A DNA stretch of 64,000 nt from Octopus vulgaris. Its lineage: Eukaryota. The stretch covers positions 123,070,001 through 123,134,000 of the forward strand of contig OX597818.1 in assembly GCA_951406725.2 (NCBI GenBank). The letters run 5' to 3'. Position numbers and translations under genes: made by a program. The notes below the pieces were generated by a model. That model had not been told where the DNA came from and ran no database searches. It saw only the letters and a list, made by a program, of their open reading frames with translations. How positions within the stretch are numbered: the stretch's first letter is position 1; every line of letters starts with the position of its first letter. Positions 41,086 to 54,871 of the stretch are shown here, in pieces.

Positions 41086-41242
41086 AGGAGTGGCTATGTG
41101 GTTAGTAGCTTGCTTATGAACCACATGGTTCCGGGTTCAGTCCCACTGCGTGGCACCTTCGGCAAGTGTCTTCTACAATAGCCTCGGGCCGACCAAAGCC
41201 TTGTGAGTAGATTCGGTAGACGGAAACTGAAAGAAGCCCATC

Positions 41243-41297
<55 letters not shown>

Positions 41298-41523
41298 TAT
41301 TTATGTATATGTTTGTGTGTCTGCGTTTGTTCCCCCAACATCGCTTGACAACAGATGCTGGTGTGTTTACACCCCCGTAACTCAGCGGTTCGGCAAAAGA
41401 GAACGATAGAATAAGTACCAGGCTTCCAACGAATAAATCCTGGAGTCGATTTGCTCGACTAAAGACGGTGCTCCAGCATGGCCACAGTCAAACGAATGAA
41501 ACAAGTAAAAGAGTAAACGAGTA
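41086..41523 (+). mobile_element. SINE family D
   Basis: Near full length with internal (TA)n. Confidence 0.92.
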
Positions 41524-42028
41524 ATAATATTTTATTATTTTTATTATCATTACTTAACTATTTTACTTTCATTGCTTTTGTTTATCATTTTTATTATCAT
41601 TGTTAATAAGGCGACGATGCTGACAGAACTTTAGCTTGCGGGACAAAATATTTAGCAATATATCGCCAGTTGCTAAGCTTCCGACTTAAATTTCACTCAT
41701 TTTCAAATTTATATCACATAAAATTATATTTTTAGCAATTTAATTTAATTTAATAATTGAATTCATTTAATCTACATCTCTGAAATTGTTCCTTCTTTAA
41801 ACAATTTTTATTTTTATTTATGCTTACTCTATTTTTATTCCTATATGATAATATTCAATAAACACAGAATTTTGAATATATTCGTATGCGTATATACTAT
41901 TTATTGTGTATGTATGTATGTATGTTTATGTATATATATGTATGCCTGTATAAAAGTGTGTAATTATGTGTATATATATATATATATATATATGAGAACA
42001 AATTGTACGTACGCCGCTATATATATAA

Positions 42029-42098
<70 letters not shown>

Positions 42099-42122
42099 GA
42101 GAACAAAGTGTACGTACGCCAC

Positions 42123-42152
<30 letters not shown>

Positions 42153-42154
<2 letters not shown>

Positions 42155-42424
42155 AAATACAAAATGGGACAAGAACGCAAAACATCCAGATACACGATAC
42201 AAAAAACAAGGGCGAGTCATTCGAAGCTTTTTATCCTCATTCAAGAACCGGATCATCCTCGCAATTTCGACTGATTAATCTTGAGATTGCTCCAATCTGG
42301 TTAGCCCCAAGGAAAAACCAAGCTAAGAGCATTAGATTCCGTGGAAAAAAGCATTGAATGTATACGAAAACAAGGACGGAAAAACAGACGATGTTACACG
42401 AATACAAAAACAAAAATACAATAA

Positions 42425-42509
<85 letters not shown>

Positions 42510-42590
42510 GGACATAACAACAGGTGTCTTTCGACTGGGGACGAATTGAATTCTGCTGGCGTGTGTGGAAATGAAGCCTTACGGCAGAGG
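42153..42590. repeat. Unclassified repeat abutting (TA)n, copy 2, with internal (AAT)n expansion
   Basis: Aligns with 33031-33420. Confidence 0.85.
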
Positions 42591-42922
42591 TATTACTGTG
42601 GGTATTTTTATGCAAATCTATTTATATGTTGCGTATACGGGCTTGACTATACACATATAACGGTTTTGCTGTATCTTATCCTTTCTACTTATCCTTTCTA
42701 CTTTTTCTCCCTACTAGATACTATTAGGAACGCTATTTTGAAGCATTTCTCCCCCCCCCAACTACTTATTCTGATTCTTTCATTTCTCTTTTCTTTTCCT
42801 CTTTCTTTAACTAGTAGCAGCAAAGTTGCATACATATAGGTGTGTAGATATCTATGTGCCTCTATATGCGTGTAGATATCAATGTATACATTAGTAAATA
42901 TATTCATATTAATATTTGCCTG

Positions 42923-42958
<36 letters not shown>

Positions 42959-42994
42959 TGTATGTATGTATGTATGTATGTATGTATGTATGCA

Positions 42995-43494
42995 TGATCG
43001 GGTCGTCGGCGACTAAACCGGCAACCCCACCAAGCTTGCTTGGAGAGGAGGATGTTTATTGGACACCCTGCGAGATGAAAAAGAAAACCCGTCAAAGGGC
43101 GGAGGAACTCTTGAGAGTCAACGGCCATCCAATAAATGTCTTAAGGATGTATCATGCGCGGGGACATAGAAATAATCGGACTGAATACTCGATCGCGCGG
43201 TTAAACCATTGGGAGTGAAGGACTCCTAGCCTTTGTTAGGGCATCCTTCTAGGAGAAGGTAACTCAGGTAACTGGGATAACTCTGACATAAAACCTGCGG
43301 CTCAGTGTTTACAGATGATGTTGACTTGCTCTTCTTTTCGGATTATGGCTGCTGTTGCTTAGTGAGTGGGATTGACTCAGTGCACAGCCTTTCCTTACTT
43401 TAAAAAAAATCTTCTTGCACAGGCATTGCACGATAACAACATTGATTAAGCTTCGTGCAATGGCCATACTCGATAACGAGGGGACAGCCACCAT
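42995..43494 (+). mobile_element. Non-coding RTE-like retroposon with (ATGT)n tail, longer copy
   Basis: 3' 290 bp match 12692-12986; flanked by (ATGT)n. A short minus-strand relic lies at ~51928-51975. Confidence 0.65.
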
Positions 43495-43989
43495 GTATGT
43501 ATGTATGTATGTATTTTTTTGATTTTTCCAGTTCCAGTATGTATGTATGTATGTATGTATTATTTATGTCTGTACGTATGTATGTATAGGATTTCGTATG
43601 AATTCGCGTATATATGTATGTATGTATCAGCTTTTGTACGTGTTTACGTACATATGTATGTATATGTTTTTAGTGTGCGCAAGGATGTATGTATGCGTTT
43701 GTATGTGAATGACGTATATCTATATATTTTTATGCTTTTAGATTTCTGTAAGTGAATATTTTATCATAAACAGACTCACATTTATATTAGTTAAGCTTAA
43801 TTTGCCGTTAAGTAATTTACTCTGAGCATGTATGTTTTTCCTTCTAAGCTAACATTTATTTTTGGTTTAAGGTGCCCTTCGATTTTACACAATACAATAT
43901 TTAAACTTTTTAATTTTTCATCTTACAATATCTATTACTATTACTTTTTAAAATAAAAACCGTTAGTTGAAACGACCAATTAAATGAAA

Positions 43990-44383
43990 TCTTTATATAT
44001 AAAACTGTAGTTGTGTGAGTGTCTGTCCCCTTCGATTTAGATTCCTAACTACTCCCACATTTTGCGGTGCAGTTTAACAAAAACCGGGTATCTTATAGTC
44101 GTGATTCATATCGAGCCCTTCTGGGTATTAGCGCGCGTCTTCGATGAGTCTACGATTTAAAAAATAATTTACCATCATTTTTTTCCATTTTCATGCATAT
44201 TTTTTTAAAGGGAAGTAACTCTCGAAATATGTCTACGATGAGTCAACGATTTAAAAAAAAAATTTACCATCATATTTTTTCCATTTTTAATGCATTTTTT
44301 GCTATTTTTTGGCTATAACTCTCTAAAAATGCTGTATAGTTATTTCCCTTACAAACCCGAGCAACGCCGGGCGATACTGCTAG
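43990..44383 (+). mobile_element. Non-autonomous Helitron
   Basis: A|TC at 43990, CCCGAGCAACGCCGGG subterminal hairpin, CTAG|T at 44380-44383. Confidence 0.87.
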
Positions 44384-44453
44384 TATATATATATATATAT
44401 ATATATATGGCTCATTAATGTCGGAAGATGGAATATACCAGAATTTATTTTTA

Positions 44454-44559
44454 ATCACGTCAATTGTTTCGACACATCTAGCATTGATCCTTCACGGGTG
44501 GAACACTCAACTACTGGTTCAAGTGTATCCGGTGGTGCAGATGTATTTCATCGAGTGAT
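44454..44559 (-). ncRNA. Degenerate hammerhead-like relic
   Basis: Minus strand: ATCAC-TCGATGA-aATACATCT...AGATGTGTc-GAAA-CAATTG-AC-GTGAT. Stems are intact but the core and U16.1 are altered. Confidence 0.4.
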
Positions 44560-44792
44560 AAATAGACATAACTCGTTAGAATAACAATTCCACAATGCAA
44601 CTTCTCATTTTGTAGAAAGAAAAGAAGTCAGACGGAGAAAATATCTTCATTTACAAAAATAAAATCACATATATCTATGTATGTCATTATTCAGTTTTAT
44701 TTCAACAATTTCTTGCCAGTACAGAAAGTGTCGATGTCTAACCTAGATCCAAGGCTCCTTCATTGGAATTTCAACATCAACAAGAGGGTTTG

Positions 44793-44826
<34 letters not shown>

Positions 44827-44866
44827 TGTATGTATGTATGTATGTATGTATGTATGTATGTATGGA

Positions 44867-44904
<38 letters not shown>

Positions 44905-45539
44905 CATGTATGTATGTATGCATGTATGTATGTCTAAATGATAAACTTCTGAAACATTTTACAGACTTTTACAGTCCCAGTGATGGATTGAATATGTAGT
45001 CTTCGAATCAGCTTTCTCCTTTCTTGTTTCGAGAAGCCTAATTTCTCAATATTGGCGTCCAGAGAAGCCTAATTTCTCAATATTGCGTTACATATCCCAG
45101 TGCCCCAGTGTATGTATGTGTGTATGTATGTATGTATGTATGTATGTATGTATGTATGTATGTATGTATGTATGTATGTATGTATGTATGTATGTATGTA
45201 TGTATTTATACATGTGTCTTTCTTTGTATATAGGTATGTATGTATGAATTTAGAAAACGTTATCGAGTATATAAGGTTGGTTGCTAGCAATGTAAAATAT
45301 CTAATCGACAAACAGCTCAAATTTTGCTTGTTACGCAGAAAATAACATAGCCGAAAAGGGGATTGAACAAGGTTATTTCCTAGCGAAGAAGAGATATGGG
45401 AGGTGGTACATAGTTTCTGAGAGGGCAAAAAGGACATTTAAAAAGAAAGTTGAAATAGATATGCATCTGTTGTCAAGGTTGAAAATATCATTTGTCACCA
45501 TATTGCATGAGAAAATCATTAACAACATTGGATAAACAG

Positions 45540-45571
<32 letters not shown>

Positions 45572-45589
45572 TACACATACGTACATACA

Positions 45590-45708
<119 letters not shown>

Positions 45709-47014
45709 TTAAATATCGCACAGATCTGCGTAATATATAAAAAGCAATGCACCCATTACGTATGCCATTCCTCTGTTAAAACATTTCAAAATACATTTTG
45801 GGATGTACTGAGGAAGGTCTTACGGAATAGATTCTATATGGCGTGACCTTACTATTACAATTTATGCATCTGTGTTTGTGTTTTGTGTGTTTGTGTTTTG
45901 TGTGTGTGTGTGTGTGTTTCTACGTCTGTGTGCTTCAGCATATGCTTAGAGAGGGGTCTACTAATACTTTATACCCTTGATAATAAAGGACAGCCCAAAT
46001 TTAACGAGAATTAATGAAAACTTTGAGGTGACTCTATTTGATAATATGACTATTTTTATCCTATCAGGCGTGGATTTGAATAAATCATTGATATCTATCC
46101 TCACACCTGTCAATAATATCTCTCAGCTCTGTAATTGATCTGATTTTGACGGCCCTGTTCGCGATCCTCTATGAAGATGATTTGAAAATATGTTCTATTG
46201 AATTAATATTGAGGCTATATGCTCACTATTTCTGAGATTTTATTCCATGAATCCTTTTTCTAGCTTGTGATCCCGTATGCCTCTTAACTCCATATTTTCA
46301 CGAAATAGAGTAGTCGTCTTATACATTTGGAATAGACGGTTAATAAACACTTTTCTAGTATTTGAAAGTTGTTTTCGTTTTGTTTTGTTCTTTTATTTTT
46401 AGCCACAAAGGATTTTCAACAAAAATGAGCTCAAATTCTCTTGCCGCGTAACTGCTCCATCACTCCTACCACTACCTTCGAACACCACCTTACAATTACT
46501 CTATCACTTCCCTGAACAGCTATTCCTTGCAAACATTCAAATTTCAGTTATGTTGTGGTACCTGAATATTCGCCTGAAATTGAAAAATTGGCAAAATTTG
46601 CTTCTGTCTGACCATATTATTAACTACCAAATCTCCTCTTTGTTGCAGAACACTTTAGCCTATTTGAAACTTCTTGTCTATTCGAAGACGTTAAGTATTG
46701 GTCAAGTAGAATATGACAGCATATCTATAGAATTTCTTCTTGAATGGTTCATCCCTTTCCTTTCAGCTACAATATGTAAACTCTCAGAAATGTTTTACAA
46801 CCACCTAGATTTTAAACTTTTTTACACTCGGTAATGGCCTTTTCCGATATGCTTGCATCGAACACTCTGATTAGACAAATGCAAACTGATTCGGTGCGTG
46901 TATCTATATTTGTCTGCAGCGAGAAACTTTCTCCGTGACAAAACAGCTTTCTAACGGGTTCGAATATGTCTCAAGTACATTTCAACTGTTAGCATTCGTC
47001 CCCTGTGTGTTTGT

Positions 47015-47078
<64 letters not shown>

Positions 47079-47324
47079 ATTTGTGTTGGTGTATGTGTGT
47101 GCATGTGGTGTATGTTTGTGTGTGTGCCTGCGCTCGCGTTCACCCGTCTATCGGATGATAGGTACCTGATACGCTGGAAATCCTCCCATTGATATTTATG
47201 ATAGTCTAACGCTTTGCTCTGGGGAAGAGGCCTTTACAGATAGTAATAAAAGGCATTGAATTCAAATACTACTGTTCCTATATAGTTCTATGTAACTGTG
47301 CATACAGATACTTTTGGGTTTTAA

Positions 47325-47770
47325 TCGTTTGAGTTTTTGGACGGCGGCTATGCTGGGACATCACCTTGAAGTCGAACTTATTCGAACTAACCGACCCTAG
47401 TACTAATTCATTTAAACTAAGTACTTAACTTTTCAGTTTCTTTTGCCTAACCGCTGAATTACAGGGATGTAGACAAAGAACACCGGTTATCAACAGGTGG
47501 GATGGAAGCAAACAAACATACGGAGGTACAGACTCATAGATATGTGTGTATGTGTGTGTGTGAGAGAGATAGATAGATAGTGTGAGATAGAAAGAAAGAG
47601 TGTGAGAGTATGTATGTCTAACTTCTTTCAGTTTCCATCCACGAAATCCACTTACAGACTTTGCTCGTCCAAGTGCTATACTAGAAGATACCTACCCGAG
47701 GTGACATGCAGTGGGACTGAACCCGTAACCATCTGGATGATAAACAAACTTCGTTCCACACAATGAAGCC
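47325..47770 (-). mobile_element. Old SINE family D
   Basis: CTTCTTTCAGTTTCC and GCAGTGGGACTGAACCC motifs, heavily diverged. Confidence 0.65.
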
Positions 47771-49468
47771 TTATATATGTATATCTTTATACATGTATGT
47801 GCGTGTGTGTCTGTGTGTGTATTTATCCATATAAGTATAAATACAGTCCTAAACTTCAGCACAATTTGCAGCTTTGGAATTACAATACATGTTAGGTGAA
47901 CGGATATGATATAACGAATAACAGAAGGGAATTTTACATAATCTGTCTTATTCCCTTTACCTCTTCTAACTTTACAGTGAAATTTTATTTCACTCTAAAT
48001 CTAGCGTCATGTGACAGTATAAGTCACAATCCTTTTAGCTGTCTGGTATCGATTTATTTTCTATCATGGAAAGCTGCCACAAATTAACAAACATTAGCAT
48101 TCTTCAATGGCTAGAATATGCATGAGTTCATTGGTAATTCCTTAATATTTTATTATAAAAAGTCATTTCTAAAAGCCGACGATAACGCTCTCCAGAAAGT
48201 AATGGGATTGCGTAATATTACGAGTGAAGTCATTCTTCAGTCAGTGTTTGTTTAATTCAGGATTGGATTTCTCAACCATTTTTGCATCACCGCCCACTTT
48301 CAAAGCGAAACATCTTCCACGAGTCCATCTGTGTGGTGAAAATACAAAGGATAGCAAAAAAATTGTTAATCCTAACAAAACAGCTAAAGTATTTTTCTGT
48401 TATTGGTAGGTGTATTGCAGGTCGTATTTTTTTATGTTAGTGCCATATTTTGTGTTTAGTTTCGTTATTTGAATTCACCTTAATTATTTTATATCAGTTT
48501 CGCTAAATGCAGTTCAGTGACAAGAATTTCGGATCATTCAGTCAGTTTTATATGTAGAAGTGTTTCTTTGGTCACCGATGAACACGTATCCTTTCTTTAG
48601 TTTAAGTTCTCCCCGCAGATATTATCATTACATATGAATAATGTATCTAATGAATTATGTTGTTTATCATATATTTTCTCACACACGATTTGACAAAAAC
48701 AAGGAAGAGAAAACAACTCACCTTGCAAATATATTAATTTAGGCTATTTTGCATTTTCTAAGAAATAAAGTAACGTGAAAATAATTTAATGCTTAAAATC
48801 TCATGCCATCCACCAAAATTCCAAAATACTCGTCATTATCTCCTCCTTTGATCAATAATTTAAAATCATCCACCACTGGACGATATCAGCCATGTCCAAA
48901 TACCTTGGCTTAGTGTTATTTCCTTCTAACAATTCGTTGTAAATTTGGCGTGATGTCTTGTTTATATAAGAATATATTTCTAATGGTATATTGTAGATCA
49001 GAGACGGCTAGGAGATGGAAATGGTGTGAAAATTACTGTTATAGATTGAGATACTTCAAAATGAACATTTTCAACTCTGGATCGAAATATCTAGAGGGGT
49101 TATTGGTGGTGACGTCATCTGTTGACATAGATGTCTTTAATGTTGAACAAGAAACAATAAAACAACGAATTTGCGTTTTAAATATAACATAACACTTCCA
49201 GAGAATAATGATTAGTTAATCAATCGTTTTATTACTAGACATCATTTTCGAAGCTATCTAGCTATTACATCCGTTGCTCTATGGATTTCTCCCATGGTGA
49301 TAAAATTAATATATCATAGTAGCATGACATTCAGCTGCAACATGAACTACGCAATATATAATGCGAACATGTGTTTGGCTATATCTAATGACATTTAATA
49401 CGTACAAATTCTGCTGATCTCAAATATATTTGCTATATATAGTTTAATTTGAGGCTTGCTAAAGACTT

Positions 49469-49539
49469 GCATCGGTGGTTCAGTGGAAGAATGCTCGCCT
49501 GCCACGCGGGCGGCCCGGGTTCGATTCCCGGTCGATGCA
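49469..49539 (+). tRNA. tRNA-Gly (anticodon GCC)
   Basis: 71-nt cloverleaf GCATCGG...TCGATGCA, anticodon at 49501-49503, B box GGTTCGATTCC, TTTT terminator at 49546-49549, TATA-like run ~30 bp upstream. Confidence 0.93.
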
Positions 49540-52092
49540 CTTGCATTTTGAAATACTGAAATAAATAATTATTATTTAACTTCTTTACGAAAATGTTTTT
49601 ATTTTTTACTGTCATTTTTTTCTGATAAAATAAAATTGGCATCGATGTTAGATTAGAAACTATTACGAGCTATTCACATCTGGGTATTGATTTTGTGCAA
49701 CTGGTAAATCTATTAAGAAAATTCCTTCTAGTATTGATTTCTGCTTTTTCCATTGTGATATCAAATCTTTCCGAGGTCATGTTTACCTTTCATTCCGCCG
49801 TATTGTTAGAATAAAGTAGAAATCACATAGAAAGACCGATTTAATCAGCTATTCTCTCCTAACAAAATTTCAGGTCTTGGACGAATGTTAAAAATAATTA
49901 TTACATATAAAACTCATAGACAGTTTATTGCCGGGTACATAGCATTAGAGAACATATTTCTGCAATCTCGGTGTGTTCTCCGATTCTATGCAGAATAGGA
50001 AAATTTCTTATCGTCAAAGTTCTATTCTAAATCATCCAGTTTATTATATGTGTAGGCGGCCAATAGGCAGAGTCGTTGGAGCATCGAATAAAATGACCTG
50101 TGGTATTTGTTTTTCTACCCTCTGAGTACAAATCCTGCCGAGGTCAAAGTTGAGTTTCACCTCCTCGAAATCGATAATAAATAATGTATCAGTTAAATAA
50201 TGCGGTCAGTATTCTCTATCCAATACTCTCTATCTTTCTATTTCAGTCTGAATCAGCTCAGAAACTTTACACGACCCCACAAAGCCTTCACCACCGCTCT
50301 GTGGATAAAACAGAAAAAGAGACGGTCCTTCTTTGATCCATCCGCCTTTCTACATTTTTTCATCCGTTTTGTTTTCTATCACCAGCCACCAGGCTACCCA
50401 CTATACCCATTTCCCTCCTGCCGACTCCTTTCCGAACAACCCCTTTCTGGAATCTTCTTGCCCTCATGCCATGGCTGCATTATTAAGTCCGCAACAATTC
50501 AAAAGGAATATTTTAGTTATAAAGGTCACCGTCCTTCCTCAGAGGGCCTGCAAAGGTCAAGGGCTATGCCCCTTCCTTCAGAATTAGCAAGTGAATAAAA
50601 GGAATGTGTATATGTGAGAAATGATTAATAAGCTTACATACTAGAACACTCAGTGGTAGCTAGAAATATATACCCCCACAGTCTATTTACTATAATTATT
50701 TCACAAGTGGATTCATTTAATAATTCATTGTCAATAACATTTACGTTGTTCACACAACTTTAGTATTATATCAATGATGTATCGCGAGTCCACCACGTAC
50801 GTTTATAGGACTCGACTGAACCAAGTGACAGACAACGCTACGTGGTTACCCGCCACACTAGAAATAACAATATAGTCCGTCTCAAATCGCATACTAATTC
50901 CTTAGCTAGAAAAGCAAAATACATTAAATAATTTTGTCCTGGAAGTACGGGATGGCCACAATTGGAATGCGGTTGATTAAGATCTACACAATCGTTAATG
51001 TTGACTTTGTGCTAAACATCAATATTGCCTCAGAAATAAGAGCTGTTTACTTTAACATTCGACCAACGAAACGGCAGTCAATTCTCCATCAAATCACACA
51101 TTGCTGAGCGTTCTAGGATAAATTCATGTCGTCCAATTGGCATTCTACACGTCACTATTTCATCTTGTTTCCTGTTACGTCAAAGTCAAGAATGAGTTAC
51201 CTATGTATATCCACCTATTTTGAAGACAGTTTTTGTTGAATTTGTCAACAAATTAGTGAGCAAACCCATTCAACTAAGCTATGATAATCCGATTAAATTT
51301 TTCTCTTTTTTTTTAACATGGCCATTACCTAGTATATCCTTCGTTTTTCAAGACATTCGAGTGTAGTTTGAGGAATATTTGGGTGCTATTTCTTGCCAGT
51401 CTTGTAATCCTGTAGAGACTCTCTCACTGTCCGTTTTAGTCCACAGATTTAATGTATAGCAGATACTTTATATAGCAGTTACCTCAGGGCTCACCTGGGT
51501 CTACACTACAGCACCCTAATATGCGAAGATACATGATGGCAGCAAATATGTGATCGAGTATTGCCATTTTCTGATCGGAAGTCCCACTCATGCGAAAACT
51601 ACGATCAGCCATTTTTGTGATAGGTTTTACTTTTTTTTCAAGTGATACCTGTGCGTGATGATTTTTTTTTTTTTTATAGTGGGTAAAGGATTTGCACAAA
51701 TCCAGTCTCACTCTCTGAACATGGACAACATAAACTGGAAAAGAAGAACTAGTCTACATCATGGAATATTGTTAGAGTGGTAGGCTTTCTCTCAGAGTTT
51801 GCCTCTCCTAGAAAGACGTAACAAAAACAGGAGCGTCTCACTTCGAATGGGCAAACAGCGCAGCTGGATACCTACCCAATTATTTCGACGTCTCCGCGCA
51901 TACGTACATGCACACACATGTGCACATATTGTTGGATGGCCGTTGACTGCTCATGAGCTCTTCCGCTCTCTGATATACATACATACATGCATACATACAT
52001 ACATACATACATACATACATACATACATACATACATACATACATACATACATACATAGGTACGTACATACGTATGTATGCAAATATCTGTAT

Positions 52093-52553
52093 AGCCGTGG
52101 CTGTGTGGCAAGAAGCTTGCTTCCCACCCACATGGTTCCGGTTTCAGCCTCACTGCGTGGCACCTTGGGCAAGTGTCTTCTACTATAACCTCGAGCCCAC
52201 CAAATCCTTGTGAGTGGATTTGGTTGACAGAAATTGAAAGAAGCTGTCATATATATCTTTATATATAAAACTGAAGTTGTGTGAGAGTCTGTCTCCTCCG
52301 AATTAGATTCCTAACTACTCCCACATTTTGCGGTGCAGTTTAACCAAAACCGGGTATCTTATAGTCGTGATTCATATGGAGCTCTTCTGGGGGGTATTAG
52401 CGCGCGTCTACGATTTCAAAAAAAAATTACCATCATTTTTTCGTTTTTCTTAATGCATTTTTTGCTCGGTTTATATAAGAGAAGTAACTCTCTAAACATG
52501 CTTATGTAGTTATTTCCCTTACAAACCCGAGCAACGCCGGGCGATACTGCTAG

Positions 52554-52639
<86 letters not shown>

Positions 52640-52921
52640 TGTGTGTGTATTTGTGTTTGTGTATATATATATATTGCAGTATATACACATATATATGTGT
52701 GTGTACATATTTATGAGTGTGTCTTTGTTTCTGGGTTTGTCCCCCCCACACACACATTGTTTCACAACTGATGTTGGTGTGTTCACACAAAAAAAACCAT
52801 TGAATAAGGACCAGGCTTACAGACAAGACGATTTCTTCGACTACAAGAAAACTTCATGGCGGTGTTCCATCATGGCTGCAGTCAAATGGCTTAAACAAGT
52901 AAAAGAAAAAAAGAAGAAAAA
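52093..52921 (+). mobile_element. SINE family D split by a Helitron and microsatellites
   Basis: 5' half at 52093-52250; 3' half at ~52720-52921. Confidence 0.8.
52256..52553 (+). mobile_element. Non-autonomous Helitron (shorter variant)
   Basis: A|TC...CTAG|T with the same hairpin; lacks one internal repeat present in the other two copies. Confidence 0.87.
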
Positions 52922-52929
52922 GAATATAT

Positions 52930-53409
52930 ATATATGTGTGTGTGTGTGTACGCGCACACACATATACGCATATAGATATATATACACACACACACGCACG
53001 CACACATATACGCACGCACACATATACGCACGCACACATATACGCACGCACATATATACATACATACGTAGGTACGTACTTAGATACATACATACATACA
53101 TACACACATACATACATACATGCATGCATGGATGCATACATACATACCTACATACATACACACATACATACATAAATAAATACATACATACATACATACA
53201 TTCATACATACATACATACATACATGCATACATACATACATACGTACATACATACAATACATATATACATAAATACATACATACATGCATACATACATAC
53301 GTACGTACGTACATACATACATACATACATACATGCATACATACATACATGCATACATACATGCATACATACGTACGTACATACATACATACATACATAC
53401 ATACATACA

Positions 53410-53443
<34 letters not shown>

Positions 53444-53465
53444 CATACATACATACATACATATA
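52930..53465. repeat. Degenerate (CATA)n tract, ~530 bp
   Basis: Direct reading. Confidence 0.95.
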
Positions 53466-53512
53466 TGGGCGCTTTCACCACTTCAGTATTCGTTTAATAT
53501 TTTCATATCAAG

Positions 53513-53660
53513 AAGGCGGTGAGCTGGCAGAAACGTTAGCTCGCCGGGCGAAATGCTAAGCAGTATTTCGTCTGTTATTACGTTCTGAGTTCAAATTCCG
53601 ATGAGGTCGACTTTGCCTTTCATCCTTTCGGAGTCGATAAATTAAGTAACAGTTGCGTAA
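53513..53660 (+). mobile_element. SINE family C, 3'-truncated
   Basis: AAGGCGGTGAGCTGGCAGAA head, GAGTTCAAATTCC B box, and GTCGACTTTGCCTTTCATCC body. Confidence 0.85.
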
Positions 53661-53851
53661 TTTCGAGCTATTTACCTAGAGTAGAAAAGTGTATGTTCAT
53701 ATCAAAGACACAATTAGAATTCAATCAATTATTACTCGATTTTCTGTGATGATTGATATTCTTTCCCATCACTCATTTTCTAGCCTCTCTCTCTCTCCTG
53801 CTCTATCACTCTCTCCTTATCTCTCTCTCTCTTGCTCTATTACTCTCTCCG

Positions 53852-53893
<42 letters not shown>

Positions 53894-54815
53894 TCTTTCT
53901 CACCGTCTCTCTTCCTCTGTCTGACTTGTAATGTATTCAGTTGAAGGTGGTATAGTCTCTATTTCCTTGTTCGTCTCATTTGAATAAACAGCCATAAAGA
54001 CACTCAGAAGCATATGCACACAACCACATACACACACAGATACACACACACATACACACACACACACACACTCACTCACTCTCTCTCTCTCTCTCTCTCT
54101 CCTCAACACACACACATACACACACATAGTTACATAACGAAAACATCACAGCAGTAAAATAACAGATATTGACAAGACTGAAACAGATTGGAATCCAAAG
54201 GACTGACGCTTTTGGTCATGTGACTTTGCTAATAGCGATTAATTTGACTAGACCAATTTTTGAATCGATCAAGGAGAGATGAAAGACAAAGTCGACACAG
54301 ACATGAACTTTAGCTAGAAGTACGATACTAACTACTTGTAATGGATTCAGTTCTCGGTTGTATTTTCTGAATCATCTCCGCCGCTCTCCTTTTCGTTGAG
54401 ATGCATTGAGAAGAGCGGCTTTTATTAGGCTGTACAAGTCGTCAACATGATAAAAAGTGATAAAATAATGTTATTGAATAAAGTAACAATAATTTTCAGA
54501 ATTTCCTTAGCGAAATTGCAATTACAACTTTTTAGTTTAATTAATTTTACAAAATTAATTAACACGGTCCCGTGATACGAGATTTTCCAAAGCCTATTAG
54601 TCTTTTAATAACAGTTTCAGAAACGTTGTTTAGCCATTCTGCACACTGATGCAATACATCATATTCTAATGGGTTGACATAATCGTATTGAGCATCGGAC
54701 CAAATAACTTGCGGTATTTTGCTTGGCGCTCTACGTTCTGAGTTCAAATCCCGTCAAAGTCTAACCTACCAAACTCAGAGATTTTGGCGTTGTGTCTATG
54801 TAAGAAACAACAACA

Positions 54816-54871
<56 letters not shown>

